Shown: positions 26,435-39,311, numbered from the stretch's first letter. The stretch: 64,000 nt of DNA from Pristiophorus japonicus (GCF_044704955.1 NC_092000.1:10540001-10604000), one strand, 5' to 3'. Made by a program: numbers and translations. Notes: generated from the letters alone by a model not told the origin.

Positions 26435-27162
26435 TAGTGCCTTAAATATGTGTCATTGGAGCATTATCAGACAATATTTTACACCAAGCCACATAAGGAG
26501 ACATTAGGACAGGTGACCAAAAGCATGTTCAAAGCTGTAGGTTTTAAGGAGCGTCTTAAAGGAGATGAGAGAGAGGGAGAGGTTTAGGGAGGGAATTCCA
26601 GAGCTTAGGGTCTAGAAAGCTGAAGGCCTGGCCACCGATGCGAATCGGAGATGGGCAAGAGGCCAGAATTGGAGGAGCGCAGAGATCTAGGGTTGTAGGG
26701 TTGGAGAGAGTTACAGCGATAGAGGTCACGTGGCAGTTCGAGTACAACTGGAGACCAAGGGACACGGAACAGTGGGACCCCAGAAAGATCTGATGATCCG
26801 CTGGTAAGCTAAAGATGTAACTGGAGCCCCCCCTGCTTCTGTGTACTTGCGGTAGCTGTTCCCTTTGATCTCGAATGGACATCATCTGGTCTCTGAATTG
26901 TGGTATTGTCTGGTGAATGTCACAGAACATACCCACAATGTGCAGCAACACCGTGATAGCCAACAATCAGGCAGGTGTAATCCAAAGGGAGGTGAGAGCA
27001 AGGGATGGGGGATGCTCTTCGAAAGAACCGGTGCAGACTTGACGGGCCAAGCGGCCTCTTTCTATGCTGTACTGTTCTATGAATCTATGACGTTCAGCCT
27101 TTCTTTCTGGCTGGTGTTTTTTTTCTCTAATTCCCCTCCTAAATGACAAAATGGTCTACTGA

Positions 27163-27399
<237 letters not shown>

Positions 27400-27699
27400 T
27401 GACGTTGCCCACCATGGTTGGGGAAAACGATTCCTCGCCCTTCCATTGCCCGGCCCCTGCGGTCATTCTTCGGGTGTGACGTTCAACCATGGGGTGCATC
27501 ATCGCTCCTACACACTAGGGGCTAAGTGATCGGGTGTGGTGGGGATTTTGCCTGCAGGCACTCTGCTTCATCGCAGAGGGTATGCAGACAAGATGGTGGC
27601 CGGGAGGCCTATTTGATTGAGGCAGAGATATGGCCCACGATGGCGCCCAGCTCCCAGCTCCCTATAAGGGTGGCTGTGGCGGGTCGTTCACAGCTCCTC

Positions 27700-28078
27700 T
27701 CATAAGAAATAGGCGCAGGAGTCGGCCATATGGCCCCTCGCACCTGCTCCACCAGTCAATGAGATCATGGCTGATCTTCGACCTCAACTCCATCTTCCTG
27801 CCCGATCTACATATCCCTTGATTGCTCTAGAGTCTGAAAATCTATCGATCTCGCCTTGAATATACTCAACGATTCAGCATCCACAGCTCTTGGGGGCAGA
27901 GAATTCCAAAGATTCACAACCCTCTGAGTGAAGAAATTCCTCCTCATCTCCGTCCTAAATGGCCGACCCATTATCCTAAGTCTGTGCCCCCCTGGTTCTA
28001 GACTCTCCAGCTAGGGGGAAACAACCTCTTAGCATCTACCCTGGCAATCCCTCTCAGAATCTTATATGTTTCAATCTG
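27700..28078 (-). mobile_element. CR1 3' fragment
   Basis: gaattccaaagattcacaaccctctgagtgaagaaattcctcctcatc; cataagaaatagg tail. Confidence 0.85.
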
Positions 28079-28079
28079 A

Positions 28080-28626
<547 letters not shown>

Positions 28627-28956
28627 TAGAGAGCATCGATGCAGCTCCTAATTTGACAGTAGTGCACAGTGCTAGGCATGAACGCAGAGATGCATAACGT
28701 TGCCACGTCCAGAACCATCTACAGGCCAGTTTGTCTCAAAGTTCTCCGATCTGATGAAAATAAAAGAGCTTGAGTATTTAATTCCGAGTTCGCTCTGTTT
28801 GGAAGATGACTCCTCATTCTTTCAGGAGGGTTTTATACCTAGCAATGTAAATTCCGTGATACATTCAGTTTGACCTCTGGCATTTTCACCCTTCCTTCTA
28901 TCCCCACCCACGTCCTTTCCAGCAGGAGTCACTCAATAGTGATCAGGAGTGCTGAC

Positions 28957-29121
28957 CAATGTTCCCTTTAATTATTTTTCCGGGTGCATGGCCCCTTTAA
29001 GGGGCTGTGCAACCCATTCAACACATTGTGCGTGTGCGGTTTTTAGCATTTAAAAGCCAGTGAGCCGGCTGCACGGGAGCTCCAGGGCGTTGCATGGCCT
29101 CGCAGCTTAAAGGGAACACTG
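28957..29121. mobile_element. hAT-superfamily MITE
   Basis: TIR CAATGTTCCCTTTAA / TTAAAGGGAACACTG; 8-bp TSD GTGCTGAC / GTGCTAAC. Confidence 0.85.
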
Positions 29122-29289
29122 GTGCTAACCCTAGCTGGTCTCCCCTTCCTCAACCGAGGCCAACTGTAGCACTGGGACCCGTGCAGCGGTTCTCCTGACC
29201 CTTGCTGCATGAACCCAACAGTAGGGATCAGGCAGCAAGGGCACGGTTCTCTTCTCCCGCTTCTCTTTATAATATGTCCTTCTTTACAG

Positions 29290-29340
29290 AAGCAGGAAAA
29301 TGTGGACGGATTGGGATCTGCTGTCGGCCCTGATGGTGAG
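29290..29340 (+). CDS. SMARCA4: SMARCA4 exon 11
   Basis: ttacag|AAG; KQENVDGLGSAVGPDGE; GAG|gtgagt; 51 nt; strong pyrimidine tract upstream. Confidence 0.92.
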
Positions 29341-29464
29341 GTGAGTGATTGGCGATTTCAGGGTACAGTAGCCTAGTGATTATAGTACTGGAGTAGCAGC
29401 CCAGAGATCAGGAGTTCAAATCCCACCAAGCCAAGTCGTGACATTGAATTTAGTTAGAAAAAAA

Positions 29465-30032
29465 GACTATATCGCACCTTTCGCGACCACCGGACGTCTC
29501 AAAGCGCTTTACAGCCACCTAAGTACTTTTTGAAGTGTAGTCACTGTTGTAATGTAGGAAACGGCGGCAGCCAATTTGCGCACAGCAAGCTCCACAAACA
29601 GCAACCTGATATTAGCCAGATCATTTTTTTAGTGCTGTTGATTGAGGGATAAATATTGGCCCCAGGACACTGGAGATAACTCCCCTGGTCTTCTTCGATA
29701 TAGTGCCATGGGATCTTTTATGTCCACCTGAGTGAGCAGACAAGGCCTTGGTTTGACATCTCATCCAAAAGATGGCACCTCCGACAATGCAGCACTCCCT
29801 CAGCACTGTACTAGAGTGTCAGCCTAAAGAAAGAAAGACTTGCATTCCATTTATATAGAGCCTTTCATGACACCCCAAAGTGCTTTATAGCCATTGAAGT
29901 ACTTTTTGAAGTGTAGTCACTGTTGTAATGTAGATTTTTGCCTGGATTCTCGTGCTCAAATCTCTGGAGCGGGACTTGAACCCACAACCTTGTGGCTCAG
30001 AGGCGAGGGTGCTACTCACTGAGCCATGGCTG
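29465..30032 (-). mobile_element. Deu-domain SINE, near full length, with a short nested tail fragment (~29828-29932)
   Basis: Reverse complement of 13150-13540; B box GGGTTCAAGTCCC and A box TGGCTCAGTGAG on the minus strand. Confidence 0.8.
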
Positions 30033-30325
30033 ACATGTGAGCTAATATGTGAGCTGGTATGGAAATATAAAGACAACACCTTCATTACTGTCCTTCACAG
30101 GCGGGAACCTGCCACCCCTACATGTGATTCTAGTCCTACTATCTGTGGTTGGCCCATAGTGCCCTCTGCAGTAGCCAAGCAAGACCCTGTATTGGGGCCA
30201 ACATCACCCACTACTCGAGAACAGATAGGAACAGTGATAGGAAATGAGTTGATCATTACCTGGAATTAAGTACTGAGATGAGGGTGAGAAGGGGGAATTG
30301 CTCCTCTACAACATCCCAGAATCAC

Positions 30326-30555
30326 AAATACAAAAAGCAGAATACTGCGGATGCTAGAAATCTGAAATGAAAACAAAATGCTGGAGATTCTGAGCCAGTC
30401 AGGCAGCATCTGTGGAGAGAGAAACAGAGTTAGCGTTTCAGGTGGATGGAGGTTCGGGAGTTGACGCAAGGTCATCGAGCTGAACCGTTGACTCCGTTTC
30501 TCACTCCACAGATTCTGCCTGACCTGCTGAGTGTTCCCAGCATTTCCTGTTTTTA
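30326..30555. mobile_element. Penelope-like palindromic terminal fragment
   Basis: ~80-bp imperfect inverted arms (30370-30448 and 30473-30554); exact 13-bp TSD ATCCCAGAATCAC (30313-30325 and 30556-30568). Confidence 0.6.
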
Positions 30556-30859
30556 ATCCCAGAATCACTGCCGTTTCAGCTTGTTAATGGGGAAGTTGAG
30601 CCGGTGCAGCCTGCGACATGTCTACTGAAGCTGCCTGGAGTGGGGCTGCCTTCTGAGAGCAAATACTAAGAGCAGTATTGAATGTTGTGGGAAAGGGTAC
30701 CCCATGAACTGCCCAGGCTGTGGCCTCGCCCCCTCCACCCCTTCCTTTCTCAGACTGCCAGGCAAGACCCCTCCTCCCTCACACCCAGAAAATCTCAGGG
30801 CAAATATTTGTGGGCTTTTGAAGCTCCTGTCACAGAAGTGGAGGAATAGCCGTTGTTTA

Positions 30860-31260
30860 TTCATAGAATCATAGAAATGTACGGCACAGAAGGAGGCCGT
30901 TCGGCCCATCATGTCCGCGCCGGTCGAAAGAGAGCTATCCAGCCTAATCCCACTTTCCAGCTCTCGGTCCGTAGCCCTGTAGGTTACAGCACTTCAAGTG
31001 CATATCCAAGTACTTCTTAAATGTGATGAGGGGTTATGCCTCTACCACCCTTTCAGGCAGTGAGTTCCAGACCCCCACCACCCTCTGGGTGAAAAAACTT
31101 TTCCTCAAATCCCCTCGAAACCTCCTACTAATTACTTTAAATCTGTGCCCCTTGGTTGTTGACCTCTCTGCTAAGGGAAATAGGTCCTTCCTATCCACTC
31201 TATCTTTGGCCCCTCATAATTTTATACTCCTCAGTTAACTCTCCCCTCAGCCTCCTCTGC
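30860..31260 (-). mobile_element. CR1 3' fragment
   Basis: catagaatcatagaa tail; accaccctctgggtgaaaaaacttttcctc. Confidence 0.85.
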
Positions 31261-31699
31261 CTGAAGTAAAACAGAGTTTGGGGGTCGTGTGTACTGCCTC
31301 TTGCCAGAGGTGACGGGATCGGCTTGAGCTCCCTCCAGCCCCGTACCGTCCTGCAGTCATAATTTACCTGATAGCGATAAAAAGGGTCATTGCCCAGTTA
31401 AAAAAAAATGCAACATATTCAGTGCATTTGCAAACCATTGCATGGGCAGGGCGCGCTGCAACCAAGTCGTCAATGCACACGCTCACAATATCAACTAAAA
31501 CCAAACCTAACAAATTCAGTCTCAGTACGAGAGCACCGATTGGCGGGGCGGGAGGGGGGGGGGGGGGCGACAGACACCATTTGCAAACCACGGACGGACA
31601 CCATGTTGGATCTGAGCTATGGGTGACGCAGTGAATGGGACGCGAGACCAGCAGTCCATCCTGTTTATCCTTAGCATCAACAAAGCTGTCTCGAGAAGT

Positions 31700-32168
31700 C
31701 AGAGCGGTTCCGTGGCTAAAAAGGTTAAGTTGTGAGGACAGGTTGCAAGGCCGAGGTTTGTATTCCCTCAGGTGTAGACGGTTAAGGGGTGAGCTAATCG
31801 AGGTGTTTAAAATAATCTCAGGCGTTGACAGGGTAGACAGAGAGAGAAATTATTTCCTCTGGTGTGGGGAATCCAGAACAAGGAGGCATAACCTTCAAAT
31901 TAGAGCCAGGCTGTTCAGGGGTGACATCAGGAAGCACTTCTTCACACAAAGGGTAGTGGAAATCTGGAGCCCTCTCCCCCAAAAAGCTGCTGAGGCTGGG
32001 GGTAGGGGGGAGCCAATTGAAAACTCCCAAACTGAGATTGATAGATTTTTGTTGGGGAAGGGTATTAAGGGTTACGGAACCAAGGCGGGCAGATGTAATT
32101 AAGATGCAGTTCAGCCATGATCTAATTGAATAGCGGAACAGGTTCGAGGGCCTCCTCCTGCTCCTATG
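31700..32168 (+). mobile_element. CR1 3' fragment
   Basis: RRLRGELIEVFKII...IRKHFFTQRVVEIWS. Confidence 0.85.
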
Positions 32169-32308
32169 AAAGGGTGACATTTTTTTAAAAAAGGCCCACA
32201 GCTTTAGTAACAACGGATGAATCTGCTATAGTCAGTGTTCTGGTGAAGTATAATCTTGGGGCAGTGAGAAGGTGGGTTTACTTATTGAGAAATGTGCTCT
32301 CTCTTCAG

Positions 32309-32439
32309 CTCTTGGATGAAACGAGCCAAATGAGTGACTTGCCGGTCAAGGTGATTCACTTGGAGAGCGGCCGAATCCTGGCCGGAGCGGAGGCACCAAA
32401 AGCCGGCCAGCTGGACACCTGGTTGGAAATGAATCCCGG
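32309..32439 (+). CDS. SMARCA4: SMARCA4 exon 12 (BRK domain)
   Basis: ttcag|CTC; [43 protein letters not shown]; GG|gtaagt; 131 nt. Confidence 0.96.
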
Positions 32440-32749
32440 GTAAGTGGAGCACACCGCGTCTCTGCGCGGCTTGGGTAAAACCTCACATCTCACCCGCCAC
32501 GGCCCCGTTTCCTTCGACATCCTTCTCTGCCCCATCGCTGGCTCTCCATCACCAGTCCTCTAGGCCGAGGGCGGCCTGGGAGCGGAGTTACTGCATGACT
32601 GAGTGACCCTCCTGTGGTAGGCTGGACTGCTCCTGGCGATGACACCCTCTGCTCCCAGTTTTCGGGGAGCCACAGTCAATCACTGCTAAAATCTGGAAAA
32701 ACAAAAAGACTTTGACACAACCGTAGATGATGTCCAATGTCTGTGGAAC

Positions 32750-33195
32750 TAAAGAAAGAATGACTTTAATTTATATAGCGCCTGTCACAACCTCAGGACA
32801 TCCCGAAGCACTTCAGAGCCAATGAAATACTTTTGGGAGTGTAATCACTGTTGTAATGTGGTAAACGCGGCAGCCAATTTGCGCACAGCAAGATCCCACA
32901 AACAACAATGTGATAATGACCAGATAATCTGTTGGTTGAGGGTAAATATTGGCCAGGATACCGGGGAGAACTTCTTTTTAAAATAGTGGCCGTGGAATGT
33001 TTTACGTCCACCTGAAAGAACAGACAGGGCCTCGGTTTAATGTTTCATACAAAAGACGGATCTTCCAACAGTGCAACACTCCCTCAACACTGCACTAGGA
33101 GTGTCAGCCTGGATTTTGGACTCAAGTCTCTGGTGCAGGACTTGAACCCATGGCCTTTTGACTCAGAGGCAAGAATGCTACCCACTGAGCCACTG
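32750..33195 (-). mobile_element. Deu-domain SINE, near full length
   Basis: Same family as 13150-13540; A box TGGCTCAGTGGG and B box GGGTTCAAGTCC on the minus strand. Confidence 0.82.
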
Positions 33196-33523
33196 AACCA
33201 AGGGGAAGTGCAAAGTTCACCGCCATGGATGGGAAACTGGGTCCGAGCATTCCTTTAGATTCCTGAGATGTATCAAACCACAGGCTTCCAGGGCAGCTCA
33301 GGAAACTCAATGGATTTAAATGTAGCATCCGGCGTGGTACTGAGGCACAGAGATCCGTAGAGTGGTAGGCTCAAACCCAGATCTGTGCTGTGTTCGCTGG
33401 TCTCAAGCCAATGGAACCCTCTAGTTATCCTTGATGTCCCTGGACCAGGGAGAAGAAAGAGTTGGCCAGGATTCCTCCTGCCTTGATGCCCAGCGAATGT
33501 GGAATCACAGCAGGATTAGGCAG

Positions 33524-34249
33524 TGTAATGTGTGTACCCGCGAGTATGCTCACAGGTTTGTAGAGCTCTTGAGTTGTGAGTGGCTTAGCCAGTCACATGA
33601 TGTTCACAAGACTCAATAAAACCTCGGCCAGTTGGTTTCGGGAAATCCATGATGAGGCAGGTGGTTGTGAGCCTGGTGGATGAACTGGTAACGTGGCCTT
33701 CTCGTAGGACTGCTCCTAGGCACGGCCAAGGGGGGCCATCAGCGGTCCAGGCAGCGGGTGGTCGAGGGGGGCATTCAACCTGACTGCCTGCCTCTCTTCC
33801 GCAGTTACATCCGAGCCAGGATGTCCCTGGAGATGGAGCACGCGGTGTCCACAGGTACGCTCGCGGCCTTCCGTGAGAGGTGGGCGCCGGAGGGACTGGA
33901 GTGCATCATCACCCCCAGCAACCAAATTTTAATTTGATCATTTCAATTCAAAGTTTAATTTGCCGGTTTTAGTGCCCCGCCTCCTCCTTTAGCCAGGGGG
34001 CACTTGTGTAATTTCTGTTTTTAGTGCCCAAAAAAAAAAGGAAGGAAAAAAACGGGGCACTGGAAAAAACTTATTTTGGAGTGTGACCCACCTTGCAGGA
34101 GGAATTTGTTTAAAGTGAACAACTAAAATAGTTGAACTGGTAATGTGTAGTGCGATTGTTAAACCTTTGCTAATAAACCAACTAGTTCTTAATAGCAATG
34201 TCTTGCTATGAATTCTTAAGCAAAGGACTCAGGAAACAAATACATTACA
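33524..34249 (+). mobile_element. LTR-like element copy B (complete, ~274 bp without insert), probable solo LTR
   Basis: 8-bp terminal inverted repeat TGTAATGT...ACATTACA; two AATAAA motifs; flanks GGCAG / GGCAC. Confidence 0.78.
33692..34132 (+). mobile_element. Tx1-clade element 3' fragment inside LTR copy B
   Basis: Same ORF2 end and 3'UTR as units 1-2; 11-bp TSD TGAACTGGTAA (33681-33691 and 34133-34143); ends AAAATAGT. Confidence 0.87.
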
Positions 34250-34390
34250 GGCACTGCCCGAGCTAGGAGTCTCTTCCTTCCCCCTCCCCCTTCCATACAT
34301 GGGACACCCCCTGCCTTGACTCGTGCACCCGGTGGAAAGTGTCCCCCTCCCAGTCCTCCATCTGACGTCGCTGTCATTTCTTCCGGGCAG

Positions 34391-34448
34391 GTACGAGGTG
34401 GCCCCGCGCTCCGACAGCGAAGACAGCGGTTCCGAGGAAGAGGAAGAG
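34391..34448 (+). CDS. SMARCA4: SMARCA4 exon 13
   Basis: ggcag|GTAC; YEVAPRSDSEDSGSEEEEE; GAG|gtgaga; 58 nt. Confidence 0.94.
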
Positions 34449-36367
34449 GTGAGAGCAAAAAAAAAGGGCACGCAGCCTGTCTAGATGCTAGCGTGCAGGA
34501 CACCTCGTTATAACGTGCATCTGATGGAGCCGTGCATCTAGACCACGGGGAGCGTTATAACGGGAGTGGTTCCCAGCCACTCCAATCGCCCAGCCCAGAT
34601 TGTTCTTCCAGTCCTTTGACGTTGTCTTTGCTTATTTTAAGAACTACTGATGATGTTGTTAAGCTGCATAGTGCTAAAAGCAATGATCATAATCCCGCTG
34701 GGCCTCACTCCTGCGTATTGATACAGTGCTTTATCCTTTTTGTCTCGGCCGCATTCTAAAGTCGCCACGGCCGTTTTACATCTTGTCCCTTTAAAATGCA
34801 ACAGCAGACAAAGCGGGGCGCGCTGTTTGGGGAAAGTCGCTGGCTGGAGCAGGGGCGACTGCAAACTGTTAATTTTTGGATACAGTGCTTTTTACTATTT
34901 TTTTTCATGAACTGTCTTTAAAATCACGTCAGGATACGACAGACTGGAGGCTGCTAATCATGTCGGAGGACAGGTCTCGTTCGGGACTGCTGGTAAGCAC
35001 ATTAGAACGAGCGTAAGGCTTCCGTGAGTCTTCACGTTGTTTGTGAGCGAACTGGCTAATTCTGCCCTGGAATAGGGGGTCGCGTCCCCAACCAAGCACT
35101 TTAGTGCCCCCTCCATTTTGCTCCCCTCTCCTGAGGATGCTGATCCTTGCTGGGGTACAGTTTGCACGCTAGCCAAGCACCGTCTGGTACCTTACCAAGG
35201 TGGCTATTCTTTGAGGCAGGGGGAAGAGAAACCGAGTCTGGATCATCTGCGATGCCCTCTACGCGTCTAATGGCCTGCACAGATTATAAGCTAACCTGTC
35301 CTCACCCAGCGACACCCTCATTCTACAACAGGAGCAGGAGCACTGGCTGATTATTTCCCTCCCCCCCATCTCTAACCCTGAGGCTATTTTCACTGCTCTA
35401 ATGCTGAAAAATCTGTGATTGAACCTCAGACCTCCTGGACTATATGGCGGAATACTGCACCAGGCAGTGTATCTGTCGAGCTACCAGCAGAGTTGGAACG
35501 GTCGAGTGCTTTAACTGGATTTGTCCCCTGATCTTGCTGTGAGTCTCCGGGACAGTCCAGTTGAGCCATTAACGGCACAGATTGGACAACCGTACTTCCA
35601 GTAGAAATTAATTTTTGTTTCTCATTAAGAATTTACCTTTTGACTCCTTAACCCGTGAACATTCATAAGTTAGGTGGTGGGGTGCAGGATTGAACCCACC
35701 CCGCAGGGTGTGCTGATCTCAGCTGTGCTACTGGAGTGCTGAGAAACACCAATCAATCATGGCCCCACAGGCAGGGGGAAGGAGTCATTCCCCTGGCCAC
35801 AGTTGTGCGCCTCCTAGTGGTACTCGGAAGCAGATTGCCTAGCCACTTGGCCACAAGTAGGGGAGATTGGAAGGCAACGCAACATGTTAAAGAATGTATC
35901 TCGAGTCAATCCATGTGTCTTTTAGCAGGAAGTAATCAAGAGTCTTAGAATGTACTCGCGCTATTAATACTGGGAGTGCGGACAGTGACCCTACAGGCTT
36001 ATGCTGAACTTGGCGGGGGTGGGGTGGAGTGGAGGGGAGACTGGGAGGGGCAATAGTATAGATGCTGACCTTTCACCTCTGGGACCTGAGTGCAAGTCTA
36101 GCCCAGGCTGCAGGATGAGAGTGTGCTGTTACTCTGCTGCAAAGATCCTGTGGTCATGAGGGGATGGGCTGCAGCACAAAGCTGGACTGCCGATATAAGT
36201 ACCCTACTGCATATAAGGTGCAGTAGGGGGATGCTCACCTGAGGCAGGGGATTGAGGCGGAGGAGAGGGCGATCACACCGACACCTGGCCGAGCTCGGAA
36301 TGGGAAGACTTCAATTGCCCAGCACCGCCTCCTTCAACTCGATGAGCACAATTGTTTGTTTAAAAAT

Positions 36368-36830
36368 GGGTACGGTGGCATAGTGGTTATGTTTCTGGAT
36401 GAGTAATCCAGTAGGCTGGACTAATGATCCAGAGACATGAGTTTAAAATCCCATCACGGCAGCTGGGGAATTTAAATTCAGTTAGTTAAATAAATCTAGA
36501 AAATAAAAAAGAGTTAGTATCAGTAATGGTGACCATGAAACTACCGGATTGTCGTAATAACCCAACTGGTTCACTAATGTCCCTTAGGCAAGGAAATCTG
36601 CCGCCCTTACCCGGTCTGGCCTATATGTGACTCCAGACCCACACCAATGTGGTGGACTCTTAACTGCCCCTCTGAAATGGCCCAGCAAGTCACTCAGTTG
36701 TCCATTCAAAAAAAATACAGCAGCGGATCAAGAAGACGACTCACCACCATCTTCCCAAGGGCAATTAGGGATGGGCAATAAATGCCAGCCTTGCCTGCGA
36801 CGCCCAGATCGCATGAATACTAAAAAAAAA
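36368..36830 (+). mobile_element. tRNA-headed SINE with a LINE-derived tail
   Basis: A box TGGCATAGTGG, B-box-like GAGTTTAAAATCC; tail shared with 28230-28335; head fragment also at ~29362-29460. Confidence 0.7.
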
Positions 36831-37230
36831 TCTGGTGAATCCTTTGGTGGTTTAGAGAGTGTACATGAGGAACCCACCTGTTCTGCCCTCACACCCTCCC
36901 CTCCCCTTTCCTAAACTCCCTTCCCCTCCTACATTTTCTCCTCTTACAGATCTGCGTGCTCCCTCCTGCTCTGTAGACCAGTGCTGCTCACACCCAGCCA
37001 GCCTGTTGAGGACGCTCCTTCTGATTTCACTCCCATTCCCCCACCTCGCTTCAAATGATTTATTTTTATGAATTACACAGAGATATTTCAATGAGATAAC
37101 TGGTTGGGCAGGCAAATGGAGTGATGGGCTTCTCCCGCCTGAGGTGTGTTGGTATCGATCTAATTATATAAATGTCATAAAGTCTGTATGATTTAAGCAC
37201 TGACTGAGCGTCTTAACACTACCCTAAAAC

Positions 37231-37348
37231 CAACACTCCCTGTAAGCCATGCTTTTCCAATGTTAAATTTCACGCATGCGCAAAACCGTGAATGGGCCGC
37301 GCAGCCCCTTAAAGGGGTCACGCACCCCAAAAAATGAGGGGAACATTG
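37231..37348. mobile_element. hAT-like MITE
   Basis: Ends GGGAACATTG; near-TSD CCTAAAAC / CCTAAACC (8 bp). Confidence 0.65.
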
Positions 37349-38572
37349 CCTAAACCCACTCACTGGCACAGCCTGGCAGCTCGTGCTCTGCCTGTGACTC
37401 TTGTCCTACAGATAAAGCACCCAGGGGTTGGGTGGGCGTGTGCTTGATGCCACTTGCAGACAGTGCCTCTGCTGGCGGCTCCCATCTCTCACCAAAGGTG
37501 ACCTGCGCTGCAGATTCATGCCCACTGTAGGCCGAACTCTGAGCTGCTTTCCCTCACAACTCACCAGCCAATCGGCATACGCTCTAGACTTGCTGCACCT
37601 CTGACCAACTCCACTCCGCAGAGAACGGAAAGACAGGATTTCAGTCATCCTGTTATTTTTTTGAACGATCTGAAAGGGCGGTGGAAGCAGATTCAATACT
37701 AGCTTTCCAAAGGGAATTGGATAAATTGATAGGGCTACAGGGAAAGAGTAGGGGAGTGGGACTAATTGGATAGCTCTTTCAGAGAGCCAGTACAGGCATG
37801 ATGGGCTAAATGGCTGCCTCCTGTGCTATACAGGTCTGTGATTCTAATCATTCCTACAATGTTCCAGCAGGTTGAACAGAAGCTTAAAGTGAGACTGTTT
37901 CACAGTGCTGACTCCTTCCTCTCCCCACCTCCGAAGGGCACAGGTTCATGATGGGATGAGCATAAGCCGTCCTCTGGTACCTCGACCAAGTAGCTGTTCT
38001 CCACCTGTGATCCTAGGCAGTGAGTGCCAGCGGGCTGTTCAACTGTGAAGGCAGCCCTGGATCAGCCAGTCACTGTCCACAATCCACACCCAGGCATTTT
38101 CCAGCAAGAGTCGCTGGACCAGAGTCCCCAGCTAATTTCAAGAAAATGATTTTTCCTTCCCTAGCCTACTGTAATTTGCAGCACCCTAACCGCAGCTCCA
38201 GCTGGGAGCTCACCCAATGCAAGCCAGAGGTTGACTGTGGGATATTGCTGTGCAATTTGCTGCCTGCACGAGCCACCGGGAGAAGCAGAGTGTGAGCCTA
38301 ACACTTCAGTCCTGGTTTTGAACTTTCCCCTCCAAGTCACGCACGCTAACAGCACTGTGGGAGTACCTTCACCACACGGACTGCAGTGGTTCAAATGGAA
38401 GGCCCACCATCACCTCCAGCAACGCCCACAGCCCGAGAATGATAAATAATAAAATAATGTACTCGAGCAGGAGACTGACCTTGCATGTGACATGAGGGTC
38501 ACTGCTTGGGTCAGGCGGGTACTTGGGTGAGGTAAACGCCCTGATCCATCGATCACTGTGCTTTGTGTTCAG

Positions 38573-38694
38573 GAGGAGGAAGAGGAGGAGTCGGTACCCC
38601 CGCTACCACTGCCTCCTGCACCCGAGGAGAAAAAGAAAATCCAGGATCCAGACAGCGAAGAAGTGTCTGAGCTTGACGCAAGACAGATCATAGA
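38573..38694 (+). CDS. SMARCA4: SMARCA4 exon 14
   Basis: ttcag|GAG; EEEEEESVPPLPLPPAPEEKKKIQDPDSEEVSELDARQII; GA|gtaagt; 122 nt. Confidence 0.94.
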
Positions 38695-38719
38695 GTAAGT
38701 GCACCAACATCGCGGCTGG

Positions 38720-39215
38720 GAGAGAACTAGGTTGGGGCAGAATGGGGGGAAACTGGTCTGGGGCAGAATGGGGGGGAACTGGTCTGAGACAGAATGGTGG
38801 GGGGAACTGGTCTGGGGAAGAATGGGGGGGGGGGAAACGGGTCTAGGACGGAATGGGGGGGGGGAACGGGTCTGAGACAGAATGGTGGAGGGAGAACTGG
38901 TCTGGTACAGAATGGGGGGGGTGGGGGGGAATGAGTCTAGGACGGAATGGGGGGGGGGAGACGGGTCTAGGACGGAATGGGGGGGGGGAACTGTTCTGGG
39001 GCAGAATTGGGGGGGGGAAACTGGTCTGAGACAGAATGGGGGGGAAACTGGTCTGGGACAGAATGGCGGGGAGGAACGGGTCTGGGGCAGAATGGGGGGA
39101 GAACTGGTCTGGGACAAAATTGGGGGGGGAAACGGGTCTGGACAGAATGGGGGTGGACCTGGTCTGGGACAGAATGGGGGGGAACGGGTGTAGGATGGAA
39201 TGGGGGTAATGGGTC
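38720..39215 (+). repeat. G-rich ~28-32-bp minisatellite (CAGAATG(n)AACTGGTCTGGGA)
   Basis: About 16 units with G6-G11 runs, filling most of intron 14. Confidence 0.92.
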
Positions 39216-39311
39216 TGGAGTAGGATGGAGATAAAATGTGCAGCAACATGTGAATGGAGAGAGACATTTATTTGTTGCAGTGCGATAACTGGGACTAATT
39301 GCATCTTGTAG

